A stretch of DNA of 64,000 bases from NCBI GenBank assembly GCA_040388575.1, contig JAZKBO010000002.1, positions 95,942 to 159,941 of the forward strand, written 5' to 3'. This document shows, one piece after another, positions 9,849-19,156 of the stretch; within the stretch, counting starts at the first letter, position 1; each line of letters opens with the position of its first letter. Made by a program: the position numbers and the translations under genes. This DNA comes from Patescibacteria group bacterium. Its GTDB lineage: Bacteria; Patescibacteriota; Minisyncoccia; Phycocordibacterales; UBA9973. The notes under the pieces are model-generated. The model was not told the DNA's origin. It did no database searches and saw nothing but the letters and a program-made list of their open reading frames with translations.

Positions 9849-10391
9849 TTATCTCTTCTTTCCTATAAATGCTGGCTGCTTATTTTTCTTTGCTTCAATT
9901 ATATTGCTCATATTTGCGTTAGGTATGAAATTTATTCTTTCCGAAGAAGGCATCCTAAAGGATAGGGCGGTTTTACCGTTATAAGTGGTAACAGCAAAAT
10001 CACCCATACTAATGATATCCATACCAATTAGTAATTGAGGCTGTTCTTCTTCTTTTTGATTATCATCTGGAATGAGCTTTACCTCAGAAACGCGAACTCC
10101 CTCAAATAGAACTTTATTTGGTAAAGATATACTAACTAGATAGGTATTAACCAAGGATTTCCCATCAGCATGACGACTTTCTGCTATTCCAGATGGCGAT
10201 AATTTTAAATTATTAACAACTTTTTTTGTAATTGCAGAATTTGTTGCTCCAGTATCCCAAATTGCATTATATTCCTTAAAAATTGGAGGGTTATTTAATC
10301 TTTCCTGAGGTGTAGAGGGAACACAAACCCCAACTTTAGTGTAAAGGACTCTTGCTCTACCACTATAATCTGTAGTAAAAGCATGTTTCAT
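9849..10391 (-). CDS. Retropepsin-like (clan AA) aspartic protease
   Basis: AIWDTGATNSAI and LLIGMDII motifs; likely start MKHAF at 10391, 4 nt after the DUF5678 stop. Confidence 0.88.
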   Translation of the reverse strand: MKHAFTTDYSGRARVLYTKVGVCVPSTPQERLNNPPIFKEYNAIWDTGATNSAITKKVVNNLKLSPSGIAESRHADGKSLVNTYLVSISLPNKVLFEGVRVSEVKLIPDDNQKEEEQPQLLIGMDIISMGDFAVTTYNGKTALSFRMPSSERINFIPNANMSNIIEAKKNKQPAFIGKKR

Positions 10392-10395
10392 AAAG

Positions 10396-10647
10396 CTAGA
10401 AGAGAGAAACTCTTGAATGAAAAGTTTGAGTGTAGCTTTCCTCACCAGGTAGGCATTTTTGAATAAGAAAAGTCCCTAATTCAAATTTTGCTTTAGCATC
10501 GATATAGGCTTCTATCTCTGAGTTATAAACTCCTTGTATCTTCTTATCTTTGATAACAAGAAATTTACCCCCATGTTGTTTTACAAGGTCTTCTTGATTG
10601 TCTTTAAAATATTCAAGTTCCTGCTCAAGATGTTTATTAATCACCAT
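10396..10647 (-). CDS. DUF5678-like small protein
   Basis: YFKDNQEDLVKQHGGKFLVIKDKKIQGVYNSEIEAY pattern; a family commonly found upstream of clan AA proteases. Confidence 0.75.
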   Translation of the reverse strand: MVINKHLEQELEYFKDNQEDLVKQHGGKFLVIKDKKIQGVYNSEIEAYIDAKAKFELGTFLIQKCLPGEESYTQTFHSRVSLF

Positions 10648-10820
10648 GTAATATTAACATATATTTATTAGCATTTCAATTCATCTCTGGCGATAAGAAA
10701 TATAGCAAACATTGCCCGCTTAGGCATATTTTATATTTTTTAAGGCATTAAAACTCCCAAAGACCCAGCTTTCTAACTGCCACCCCTATGAGATAATATG
10801 TCCACTAAATTTCTTAGCAC

Positions 10821-10848
10821 AAAAAAAGCCCCGTGTGGGGCTTTTTTT
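10821..10848. terminator. Bidirectional intrinsic terminator
   Basis: A7-GCCCC-GTGT-GGGGC-T7. Confidence 0.85.
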
Positions 10849-10862
10849 GGTTCGAATTAAGT

Positions 10863-11450
10863 TTAGTTATCGTCTCCAGAACCGGAGCCGGATCCAGAGT
10901 TGTCGTCACCTCCTCTTGAGCCATGCATACCGTCCAATCTTGGAGGCATTATGCCCATGAAGCCACGATGGCCTTCACGATTTTGCTTCATCATGTCATT
11001 ACCTTCTGGAGCATCCTGATCATCTGGGATACCATCGGCATCCTTATCAGGCTTGTGGCCCCAAGCGCGTAGGATCCGCGCAGTAATGATAAAGTCCCCG
11101 TCCTTGGAAATACTACCTATTACACCCACAACATCATCCGCCTTAAAATCTGAAATAGACTTTGTAGCGCTCAAGATATTTGTAGAAGATGTAGTTTCAA
11201 TTGTCCAACTACCGCCCCAACTCTTTACTACAAGAGAGTTCGCGCTAGTGTCAATAGAAACAACTTTACCTCGGAGCATTACATTACCCTTCGGACCAAT
11301 ATTGATCATCATTGGGCTTGGATTTACACCCAAACTTCCTGATGCAGTAACAGCATTGCTTATCGTAGTCGAATTATTTTCAGCAAACACCACAGCCGCA
11401 CCTAGTACCACTACCAAAACTGTGAGACTTAAAACTAAGTATTTTTTCAT
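10863..11450 (-). CDS. Secreted OB-fold (DUF5666-like) protein with G/D/M-rich tail
   Basis: Signal peptide; RGKVVSID...DFKADDVVGVIG...ITARILR pattern. Confidence 0.7.
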   Translation of the reverse strand: MKKYLVLSLTVLVVVLGAAVVFAENNSTTISNAVTASGSLGVNPSPMMINIGPKGNVMLRGKVVSIDTSANSLVVKSWGGSWTIETTSSTNILSATKSISDFKADDVVGVIGSISKDGDFIITARILRAWGHKPDKDADGIPDDQDAPEGNDMMKQNREGHRGFMGIMPPRLDGMHGSRGGDDNSGSGSGSGDDN

Positions 11451-11493
11451 GTTTTTTATGTTAATTAATAATAATTAATAAGGACCCATACTA

Positions 11494-11522
11494 TAAGACG
11501 CTATGGCTAGCCATATCTTACC
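11494..11522 (-). promoter_or_regulatory. Putative ECF sigma promoter (GGTAAG-N16-CGTCTTA)
   Basis: Third copy of the motif, 43 nt upstream of ATG. Confidence 0.6.
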
Positions 11523-11555
11523 GCCCTTACCTCCACTGTTAATTATACTACAACT

Positions 11556-13244
11556 TTAGCTTTGGAAATATTCTGGGGTATTTACTGACATCCAGTCCAG
11601 GAGCTGGCGCATGACGGTGGAGGCATTTACACTGTTGGTGGTGGGCCCAGACTCCATCATTATAGTAAAGGCGTATTTCGGGTTTTCATATGGCAAGAAG
11701 CCCATCACCCAGGAATTAACTTTATTCTTCAGCGCACCCACCTGGGCAGTTCCAGTTTTAACTGCCACATTCACATAAGGAACATTGAGGGCTGACGCCG
11801 TACCTGCCGTCACTGCTTGTCGCATACCCTCTCGCACTATTTGAAAATATTCTTTATTCATATCAATGGCTGTTGTTTTTCCTTCCATTGTTTTGTCGTT
11901 AAGTATGAAATGTGGAGTCATGAGTGTGCCAGAGTTAGCAATTGCTCCGGCTGCTCGCGCCATTTCCATCGGCGTTACTTGGAAGCCATACTGGCCGATG
12001 GCGGTATGGTAAGTGTCCCCAATACGCCACGCGTCCCCATTAAAATTTTTCAACTTCCACTCAGGGGTCGGTATCGTGCCATTGGTTTCATCTGGTAAAT
12101 CTACACCTGTCTCTGTGCCGAGTCCAAAAAGGCGCGCATATTTTTCAATATTTAAAATTCCCAAGCCTTTCTGATCCTGATAGCCACCACCGATAGAATA
12201 AAAATAGACATCCGAGGATACTGCTATTGCCTGCCGCATGTCAGTCCAACCATTAGCCCGCCAGTCCTTGAAGACAGTCTTCTGGCCCGGGAGGAATGGG
12301 TTAGGGATGGATATAGAGCCCGTAGAGAGTATCTGTTTCTTGGGGTCGATAATGTTCTCTGCCAAGGCACCTAGGGCCACGAAGGGCTTCACGATGGAGC
12401 CAGGAGTATACAGGCCCGAGATGGTACGGTCCAGATACACCTTCCGCTTGTCGGTGTTGTAGCCACTAATTACAGCGCTATCCTTGCCCAAGGAAAGGGT
12501 TTCAGAGTTGTATTCAGGGTAACTAGTAGAGGCTAGTACTTCACCATTTTGTACGTTCATTATAACTCCAGCGCCGCCGGAAAAGGAAAAGTTATCGGCT
12601 AAATTTTTAATAATACTGAATAACTCACCTTGGACCTTCGCATCAACTGTAGTTACCAGGTCCTGACCGCGAGCCGGCGCATTCACAATATTTTCAGAAT
12701 GGACGGAATCGTGCGCATCAACTTCAATAATTTTAGAGCCATTCTCACCTTTTACCACATCATTGTATTGTTTTTCGAGGCCATCTTTTCCCACAAATTC
12801 AGTTTGCCAATAATTACCTGACTTATCTTTCGCTGGGTAACTCACATAGCCCAGTAAATGTGAAAAGCCAGGTGTTTTATAGGCGCGCATCCTGAAACCA
12901 TCCTCCTCATCTTTGTTCCAAACGAGTTCTACCTTGTTACGGTCATAGATAATGCCTCTGTCAGCGAAGATCAAGCTTTTTTCTAGGATATTATTTTCAC
13001 TCCTATTGTAGTAAGCATTTCCGGAAGCGATTTGAAGATAACCCAGGCGAATAAAGAAAATTAAGATTAATGATCCGCAGATAATTCCGAGTACACCGAT
13101 GGTTTTCTTGGTAATAGGCTTTTCGATGCGGCCCTCGAATTGCTGGCGGTCAAAATTTTGAATATTTTTTGAATCCAGGAATATTTCATCCGGCTCCACC
13201 ATCATATTTTGTCTTTTTCTTTTTTTAAATATTCTTACGATCAT
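11556..13244 (-). CDS. mrdA: Penicillin-binding protein 2 (class B transpeptidase)
   Basis: RGIIYDR, GKDGLEKQY, SIVK (SxxK), SSD, KTGTAQ; start probably 13244 rather than 13292. Confidence 0.9.
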   Translation of the reverse strand: MIVRIFKKRKRQNMMVEPDEIFLDSKNIQNFDRQQFEGRIEKPITKKTIGVLGIICGSLILIFFIRLGYLQIASGNAYYNRSENNILEKSLIFADRGIIYDRNKVELVWNKDEEDGFRMRAYKTPGFSHLLGYVSYPAKDKSGNYWQTEFVGKDGLEKQYNDVVKGENGSKIIEVDAHDSVHSENIVNAPARGQDLVTTVDAKVQGELFSIIKNLADNFSFSGGAGVIMNVQNGEVLASTSYPEYNSETLSLGKDSAVISGYNTDKRKVYLDRTISGLYTPGSIVKPFVALGALAENIIDPKKQILSTGSISIPNPFLPGQKTVFKDWRANGWTDMRQAIAVSSDVYFYSIGGGYQDQKGLGILNIEKYARLFGLGTETGVDLPDETNGTIPTPEWKLKNFNGDAWRIGDTYHTAIGQYGFQVTPMEMARAAGAIANSGTLMTPHFILNDKTMEGKTTAIDMNKEYFQIVREGMRQAVTAGTASALNVPYVNVAVKTGTAQVGALKNKVNSWVMGFLPYENPKYAFTIMMESGPTTNSVNASTVMRQLLDWMSVNTPEYFQS

Positions 13245-13248
13245 AAAA

Positions 13249-13518
13249 TTATATTTGCGGATAGAACTTGAGCTTTCTTTTAAGAAATTCAATTAATACT
13301 ATGGCGATGACAGCCATTATGAATGATACATAGGTCAAGCCCCAGAATTTAGCTTCAGGCGTGCCATATATCAGGTCAGAAAGGAGGAAAAGTGCCACTC
13401 CCTCCCAATAGACACGAAAATATAGCATTGCTATTAGGGCTAGAATAACAGGGAGCCAAAAAGGCAGGAAAAGTATAGAAATAAGTAGCACAGCTCCGGC
13501 AATGATTCGAAGTATCAT
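13249..13518 (-). CDS. Small membrane protein, possibly a minimal MreD
   Basis: Three hydrophobic segments with a DLIYG motif, directly upstream of pbp2. Confidence 0.6.
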   Translation of the reverse strand: MILRIIAGAVLLISILFLPFWLPVILALIAMLYFRVYWEGVALFLLSDLIYGTPEAKFWGLTYVSFIMAVIAIVLIEFLKRKLKFYPQI

Positions 13519-13542
13519 ATTTCCATATTACCTCAAATATTA

Positions 13543-14907
13543 TTATGACGCGAGTTTAGATGCTAAACCGATATAATTTAGCGGGGTAAATTTTTTAAGC
13601 TCCTTTTTGACCTTAGGTGATACTTCCAGGGTATCGATAAATCTATCGAAATCCATCATAGTTACAACCTTACCCCGAGTTAATTCTTTGAGTGCCTCAT
13701 AAGGCATTGCAGCACCCTCTCGGCGCAGTACTGTCTGAATAGCTTCCGCGATTACCTCTGGGTGGGCAACTAAGTACTCCTTAATCGCTTTATCGTTTAT
13801 TGAAATTTTACCTAGTCCCTTCCTTAACATAATATATGCAAGGTAGGAATGGCCGAATGCGGTACCAAATGCGCGTTCCACAGTTGAGTCTGATAAATCA
13901 CGTTGGAGTCGAGAGACTGGCAACTTGCGAGCAAAAAATTCAAAAAACGCATTTGCTAGGCCCAGATTTCCTTCACTATTTTCAAAATCAATCGGGTTCA
14001 CCTTATGGGGCATGGTTGAAGAGCCTGTCTCCCCTGCTTTTGGCTTTTGAATTATCCAGCCGTCGGAAATATATCTCCACATATCTTGATCGAAATCTAG
14101 GAGGACCGCATTAATCCTGCGAATATTATCAAATACTGCGATATAACTATCGTGGCATTCAATTTGAGTTGTGATCAGGTTGGTCTCAAGCTTTTGTTTG
14201 CGATTTTTATTAAATCCATTAATAAATTTCACAGAGAATTCCCGCCAATTGACTTTGGGATATGCGGCAACGTGAGCGTTGTAGTTACCTGTCGCACCAT
14301 TTAACTTAGCTTGAATTTTTAGGTCAGCCAAGCTTGTTAACATCTTTTCAATTCTTGCTGAAAAAACTTTCATTTCCTTACCAAAAGTTGTCGGGCTCGC
14401 GCTTTGGCCGTGCGTACGAGCAAGCATGGGGAGGTTTTTGTACCTCTTTGCAAGGCCGTTTAATTCAAGGACGATTTTTCCAATTTCTGGAGCAATTATC
14501 TTTTCGATCGAATCCGCAAGCATGAGGGCATAAGCAATATTATTGGTGTCTTCAGATGTCAGGGCAAAGTGGACCCACTCGATTGAATCTTTGAGTGAAG
14601 TTTTTTCAAGGATTTGCTTAATATAATACTCCACTGCCTTAACATCATGGTTTGTGGTTTTTTCAAATTCTTTTATCTTCTGGTATGCAGAGTCATTAAA
14701 CTTTTCATAAATATTGCGCAAGATCTTAACTTCAGCCGGTTTGAATCTACGCAGGGCGGTTTTGTTTAAGAAGGATAAGCTAATCAAATACTCACATTCC
14801 ATCAGAACGCGGTACTTCATGAGTGCCTGCTCTGAAAAATATGGAGCTAGGGCTCGGGTCTTTTCAAAATATCTGCCATCTAGTGGATTTATTGCACCCT
14901 GGATCAT
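13543..14907 (-). CDS. purB: Adenylosuccinate lyase
   Basis: PLDGRY, TNHDVKAVEY, RTHGQ, GSSTMPHKVNPIDFEN. Confidence 0.97.
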   Translation of the reverse strand: MIQGAINPLDGRYFEKTRALAPYFSEQALMKYRVLMECEYLISLSFLNKTALRRFKPAEVKILRNIYEKFNDSAYQKIKEFEKTTNHDVKAVEYYIKQILEKTSLKDSIEWVHFALTSEDTNNIAYALMLADSIEKIIAPEIGKIVLELNGLAKRYKNLPMLARTHGQSASPTTFGKEMKVFSARIEKMLTSLADLKIQAKLNGATGNYNAHVAAYPKVNWREFSVKFINGFNKNRKQKLETNLITTQIECHDSYIAVFDNIRRINAVLLDFDQDMWRYISDGWIIQKPKAGETGSSTMPHKVNPIDFENSEGNLGLANAFFEFFARKLPVSRLQRDLSDSTVERAFGTAFGHSYLAYIMLRKGLGKISINDKAIKEYLVAHPEVIAEAIQTVLRREGAAMPYEALKELTRGKVVTMMDFDRFIDTLEVSPKVKKELKKFTPLNYIGLASKLAS

Positions 14908-15869
14908 ATTTTGTAGGCCTTAAGGTTATTTTCAATACGCTCCAAAATATTTTCACCCAAATTTGCCTTAAACTTATTACCAGTTATCTGCTCGTATATT
15001 TGAATGTATCGGCGTGAAAGCTCTGCCACCATATCTATCGGCGCAGCTGGCAGCTTTTCATCTTTATAAGGGTCACAATTATCCTTGAACCATAGGCGCA
15101 GGAATTCCTTGTCGAAATTCTGTGGCTCTTGCCCCTGATCAATACGCTCCTGGTAGGAATCCGCTTGCCAGTAGCGGGAAGAATCCGGAGTATGGATTTC
15201 ATCGATAAGCATAACTTCACCTTCCGGTGTGAGGCCGAACTCATATTTAGTATCAACCAGTATCAACCCTCTTTTAAGCGCCAATTCTTGGCCGCGGACA
15301 AAGAGCTTGAGGGTAATATCGCAAACCTTGTCCCAGACTTCCTTATTAATCATCTTTTCCTCCAAAATAATTTTAGATGTCAGCGGCCTGTCATGGGCTT
15401 CAAACTTTGTAGTTGGAGTTATCACTGCTCTATCTAGTTTTTGATTTTTTTTCATTCCTTCAGGAAGAGTAAAATCACCGAAATCTCGCTGACCCTTTTG
15501 GTATAAAGTCCATAGTGCTGTGCCAGTGACACCGGTAATATAGCCACGGACTACCATTTCAACTGGTAGCACCGTGCACTTCTTTGCAACTATGGAATTT
15601 GGATCAGGAATGGCAATAACGTGATTCTGGACTATGTCCTTAGTATTATCGAACCAAAATTCTGTAATACCTGTTAGAACCTGGCCCTTAAATGGAATGA
15701 GTGCAAGGTTGCGATCAAAAGCAGAGTATCTATCCGTAGCAATTAAAATTAATTTATCATCTTGCTCATAAACATCGCGAACCTTACCCACCTTTTTCTT
15801 ACCCAAGGAATCAAAATTGGTTTCAATCAATACATCATTAATATGCTCTTCTATTGTTCGTATATCCAT
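14904..15869 (-). CDS. purC: SAICAR synthetase
   Basis: GKVRDVY, SAFD, VDTKYEFG, DEIHTPDSSRYW, DKEFLR. Confidence 0.97.
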   Translation of the reverse strand: MDIRTIEEHINDVLIETNFDSLGKKKVGKVRDVYEQDDKLILIATDRYSAFDRNLALIPFKGQVLTGITEFWFDNTKDIVQNHVIAIPDPNSIVAKKCTVLPVEMVVRGYITGVTGTALWTLYQKGQRDFGDFTLPEGMKKNQKLDRAVITPTTKFEAHDRPLTSKIILEEKMINKEVWDKVCDITLKLFVRGQELALKRGLILVDTKYEFGLTPEGEVMLIDEIHTPDSSRYWQADSYQERIDQGQEPQNFDKEFLRLWFKDNCDPYKDEKLPAAPIDMVAELSRRYIQIYEQITGNKFKANLGENILERIENNLKAYKI

Positions 15870-15872
15870 AAA

Positions 15873-17036
15873 TTATCTACTACTATAAGTAATCTGTGTG
15901 CCTTTCGTTAATTTCGAATTTATTAAAATTTGAGGTGTCTTTTCCTTTGTAACTTTACCGATTACCCTAGCCCTTACTCCAAAATCCTTAGCCCTTTTAA
16001 TACAATGTTTTGCATCCTTTTCTTCTATAATTAATAGCATACCTTGGCCACCGTGCCAAACCTCGTAAAATTCCTCATCATCAATCTTGCGCCACTTTGC
16101 ACACTGCCTCATTATCTGTGGAGGTTCCCATAAATCATCTATAACAGCAGAAAGTTTTTTAGGAAAAAGTATATCCTTAGCTAACTTTTCTTTTAGGGCA
16201 CCGCCGGAAAGGTGGACTATTGAATGAATTTTAACTTCAGCTTTAAATTTTTTATCATACCAACCATGGAGTGTATTCACATAATTATCATATAGAACTG
16301 ATGGAGTAGCGGCTAACTTAATACTTTCTTTGGCTTTAGGATTCCTCCACCATTCTTTGCCGTATTTGGCCTTCAAGGCCTTTCGTACAGAACTAATGCC
16401 ATTACAGCGGAATCCATTTTCCTTTAGTCCTATTATCACCTGCCCGGCGGCTAGATTGATACCTGTCACCATTTTATTTTTGTGGTATGCACCAATCATC
16501 GTGCCTGACCAATTGAGTTTAGTTTTTGACGCAGTATTTTCAGAGCCGATTGCGTCACCCATTTGTGCTGTCTCACCTTTTAAAACTACAATTTTTGATT
16601 CCTTCGCTACTTTACCCAGGCCCGAGATTGCGCTCTTGTAAGTTTTACTCACTTGATCACCTTTGTTACCAATGGATGTAGTGTCAAAAACATTTACGAA
16701 AATTAAGGGCACTCCACCAAACCGTGTAATATCGCTCGCCGTCATCGCAATGATGTCATAAGCAGCTAAATGGTGTGTTTTGGCTGCATCAATGATGATA
16801 CCCTTGGTTCCTATTCCGTCAGTTGAAGCTTCTATTAAGTACCCCTTCGGAAGATTCTTTAGAAGAAATGGTCTAGGACCCCTGAAATTACCACCCGATA
16901 GGTCATGAATTTGTACAAAAGGTGAATTTTTATAACTCCCTTTACATATTGAGCCAGCAAAGCTACTGAATGAAGATTCCTCTTCCACGTCGACTCCATC
17001 CATCGAATATATTTTCTTCTTTGAGGAGTCACTCAT
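15873..17036 (-). CDS. purM: AIR synthetase (phosphoribosylformylglycinamidine cyclo-ligase)
   Basis: YSMDGVD, STDGIGTK, GETA, NGFRCNG, HLSGG. Confidence 0.9.
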   Translation of the reverse strand: MSDSSKKKIYSMDGVDVEEESSFSSFAGSICKGSYKNSPFVQIHDLSGGNFRGPRPFLLKNLPKGYLIEASTDGIGTKGIIIDAAKTHHLAAYDIIAMTASDITRFGGVPLIFVNVFDTTSIGNKGDQVSKTYKSAISGLGKVAKESKIVVLKGETAQMGDAIGSENTASKTKLNWSGTMIGAYHKNKMVTGINLAAGQVIIGLKENGFRCNGISSVRKALKAKYGKEWWRNPKAKESIKLAATPSVLYDNYVNTLHGWYDKKFKAEVKIHSIVHLSGGALKEKLAKDILFPKKLSAVIDDLWEPPQIMRQCAKWRKIDDEEFYEVWHGGQGMLLIIEEKDAKHCIKRAKDFGVRARVIGKVTKEKTPQILINSKLTKGTQITYSSR

Positions 17037-17039
17037 GGG

Positions 17040-17567
17040 TTAATTTTCTAAATATTTTTTAAAACCTATTTCTGAAAGTTTGTCGCCCTTAGCCATAACC
17101 TCACTATTCATCTTTTCACGGAAAGTCACAATTTGGCCGTCTAGGCTTTTATCCGATAAAGCTAAAATTTGCATAGCCAGGAGTCCTGCATTCTTGCCAG
17201 CATTAATGGCCACAGTGGCCACAGGTATGCCTGGTGGCATTTGAATGATGGATAGCAAAGAATCCATTCCCTCCATAGTTTTGGTCTTGATTGGTACTCC
17301 TATTACCGGCACTGTTGTCATTGCAGCAGTCATACCTGGTAAATGTGCCGAGCCTCCAGCGCCAGCTATAATAATTTTTATGCCTCTTTCCTTTGCAGTA
17401 GTGGCATATTTATAGAGTTTGTCGGGAGTACGGTGGGCAGAGACAACTGTCATTTCATATTTAACATTAAATTCTTCTAGAATTTTTGCAGCTTCACTCA
17501 TTACAGGCAGGTCAGAGTCTGACCCCATAATTATTCCAATTTGTATCCTACTTTTTTTACTTGTCAT
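17040..17567 (-). CDS. purE: N5-CAIR mutase
   Basis: [33 protein letters not shown]. Confidence 0.97.
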   Translation of the reverse strand: MTSKKSRIQIGIIMGSDSDLPVMSEAAKILEEFNVKYEMTVVSAHRTPDKLYKYATTAKERGIKIIIAGAGGSAHLPGMTAAMTTVPVIGVPIKTKTMEGMDSLLSIIQMPPGIPVATVAINAGKNAGLLAMQILALSDKSLDGQIVTFREKMNSEVMAKGDKLSEIGFKKYLEN

Positions 17568-18715
17568 TATATTGAAATACTTTCTCTGGCTTCTAAAGCT
17601 ATCCCTTCAGCCTCATCAGTAGTACCTGCCAATACTGTTATGTGGCCCATTTTTCTCTCTGGCCGCGTTTCCATCTTACCATAAATATGAACTGAAATAC
17701 CACTCAACTTTTCAGCACTCTCGAGTCCTTTTATTTGGACAGGGCCGCTCCTTTCGCCCAGAATATTTATCATAACAGCGGATGAAATTTGCTCAATATC
17801 AAGTATTGGTAGCTCAGCTATGGCGCGGATATGCTGTTCAAATTGGGAAACATTAAATGCTTCAATGGTGTGATGTCCAGAGTTATGGACTCGGGGTGCG
17901 ATTTCATTAACTAAAACTTCATTGTCTTTTGTTAAAAACATTTCAACTGCAAAAACTCCCACCCCTCCCAATTTATTCAGAGTTCTGCCCGCTAGTTCGT
18001 GGGCTTTATCAGCAACTTTCTTGGAGACATTAGCTGGTGAACGCACGATATGGCATATATTATTTTTATGCACAGTTTCAACCACAGGGTACGAAACTAT
18101 TTTACCAAAGACGTCGCGTGCAGACACAACGGAAAGTTCTTTTATAAATGGTACGAACTTTTCAGCGTAAAGTGGGCTTTTCGAAAGCTTTGCAAATGCA
18201 GTGGTAATTTCAGCCTCATTTTTTATTAATACGTTCCCTCTGCCATCATATGCGTCGAACCTGGCTTTAAGAAAGTAGGGATAACCGAATAATTTACCTT
18301 GTTCGATGCAATCTTCTTCGTTATTAATTAGTGCAAAATTTGCTACTGGTATTAAATTCTTTTCAAGAAATGCTTTTTGGGAAAATTTATCTTTAATAAT
18401 TTTTAATATATTAGGATCGGGGTTGACTGGTTTACCACTTTTTATAATTTCAAAGAGAGCTTCTTCGTTAATTCCTTCTAGCTCAACAGTTAAATAATCA
18501 GACTCCACCGCAAGTTCTAAAATTTTATCTTTATCCTTAAAGCTACCGAGGATCTGTTTATTTGCTACCTGTCCTCCAGGAGAATTCGGCGTTGGGTCGA
18601 GAACTATAACCTTGAAGCCCAGCCTGTGTGCAGCATTAGTGAGCATTCTGCCTAATTGTCCGCCGCCAACTATACCTATCGTTTTTTTATCGTTGGGCAT
18701 GATTAATTCTTGCAT
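17567..18715 (-). CDS. purK: N5-CAIR synthetase
   Basis: [31 protein letters not shown]. Confidence 0.97.
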   Translation of the reverse strand: MQELIMPNDKKTIGIVGGGQLGRMLTNAAHRLGFKVIVLDPTPNSPGGQVANKQILGSFKDKDKILELAVESDYLTVELEGINEEALFEIIKSGKPVNPDPNILKIIKDKFSQKAFLEKNLIPVANFALINNEEDCIEQGKLFGYPYFLKARFDAYDGRGNVLIKNEAEITTAFAKLSKSPLYAEKFVPFIKELSVVSARDVFGKIVSYPVVETVHKNNICHIVRSPANVSKKVADKAHELAGRTLNKLGGVGVFAVEMFLTKDNEVLVNEIAPRVHNSGHHTIEAFNVSQFEQHIRAIAELPILDIEQISSAVMINILGERSGPVQIKGLESAEKLSGISVHIYGKMETRPERKMGHITVLAGTTDEAEGIALEARESISI

Positions 18716-18724
18716 TTTTGTTAA

Positions 18725-18765
18725 ATAAAAACAATTGACGGGAGCCCCTTCTCGGAGCCCCCGTC
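18725..18765 (-). terminator. GC-rich hairpin/terminator after cassette 1 ORF
   Basis: GACGGGGGCTCC-GAGAA-GGGGCTCCCGTC followed by AATTGTTTTT on the minus strand. Confidence 0.7.
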
Positions 18766-18773
18766 GTGTGTAT

Positions 18774-19109
18774 CTATATTGCTGGAACAGCCGGTTTGCT
18801 GCGCCGACTGCTTCCTCTGGGGTATGGTACGTCGAGTGGTGCTTTTCGTACCCGATTTAACACCAATACGGCGATGACCCCAGCGGAAAGAACGACTATA
18901 GTTGAGCCGATGATCCCTACAACAGGGCTCAGACCACCAAAGGCTCCGCCGAGGAAAGCCCCGATCAGCGTTAGCGCGTAGCTGAATGGACAGAAAGCGG
19001 CCCCACCATTTTTACACGGTATGCCCGCCTCTTGCACCTCATGCACCCAGATCGAAATAGTGAATCCAATGAAAGCGCCCCATAAGGCACTTACCAACAT
19101 TGCGCCCAA
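18774..19109 (-). CDS. GC-rich hypothetical membrane protein (mini-cassette 1)
   Basis: GGAGG 6 nt upstream of TTG 19109 (alternative ATG 19100); about 3 TMs; own promoter and terminator. Confidence 0.65.
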   Translation of the reverse strand: MGAMLVSALWGAFIGFTISIWVHEVQEAGIPCKNGGAAFCPFSYALTLIGAFLGGAFGGLSPVVGIIGSTIVVLSAGVIAVLVLNRVRKAPLDVPYPRGSSRRSKPAVPAI

Positions 19110-19156
19110 GGGGCACCTCCAAATATGATAATACAATATTAACCTATCTAGTCAAT

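Noticed and set aside
10660-10820. Unassigned intergenic stretch as ncRNA or gene remnant
   Set aside because: No convincing stem structure or reading frame found by eye.
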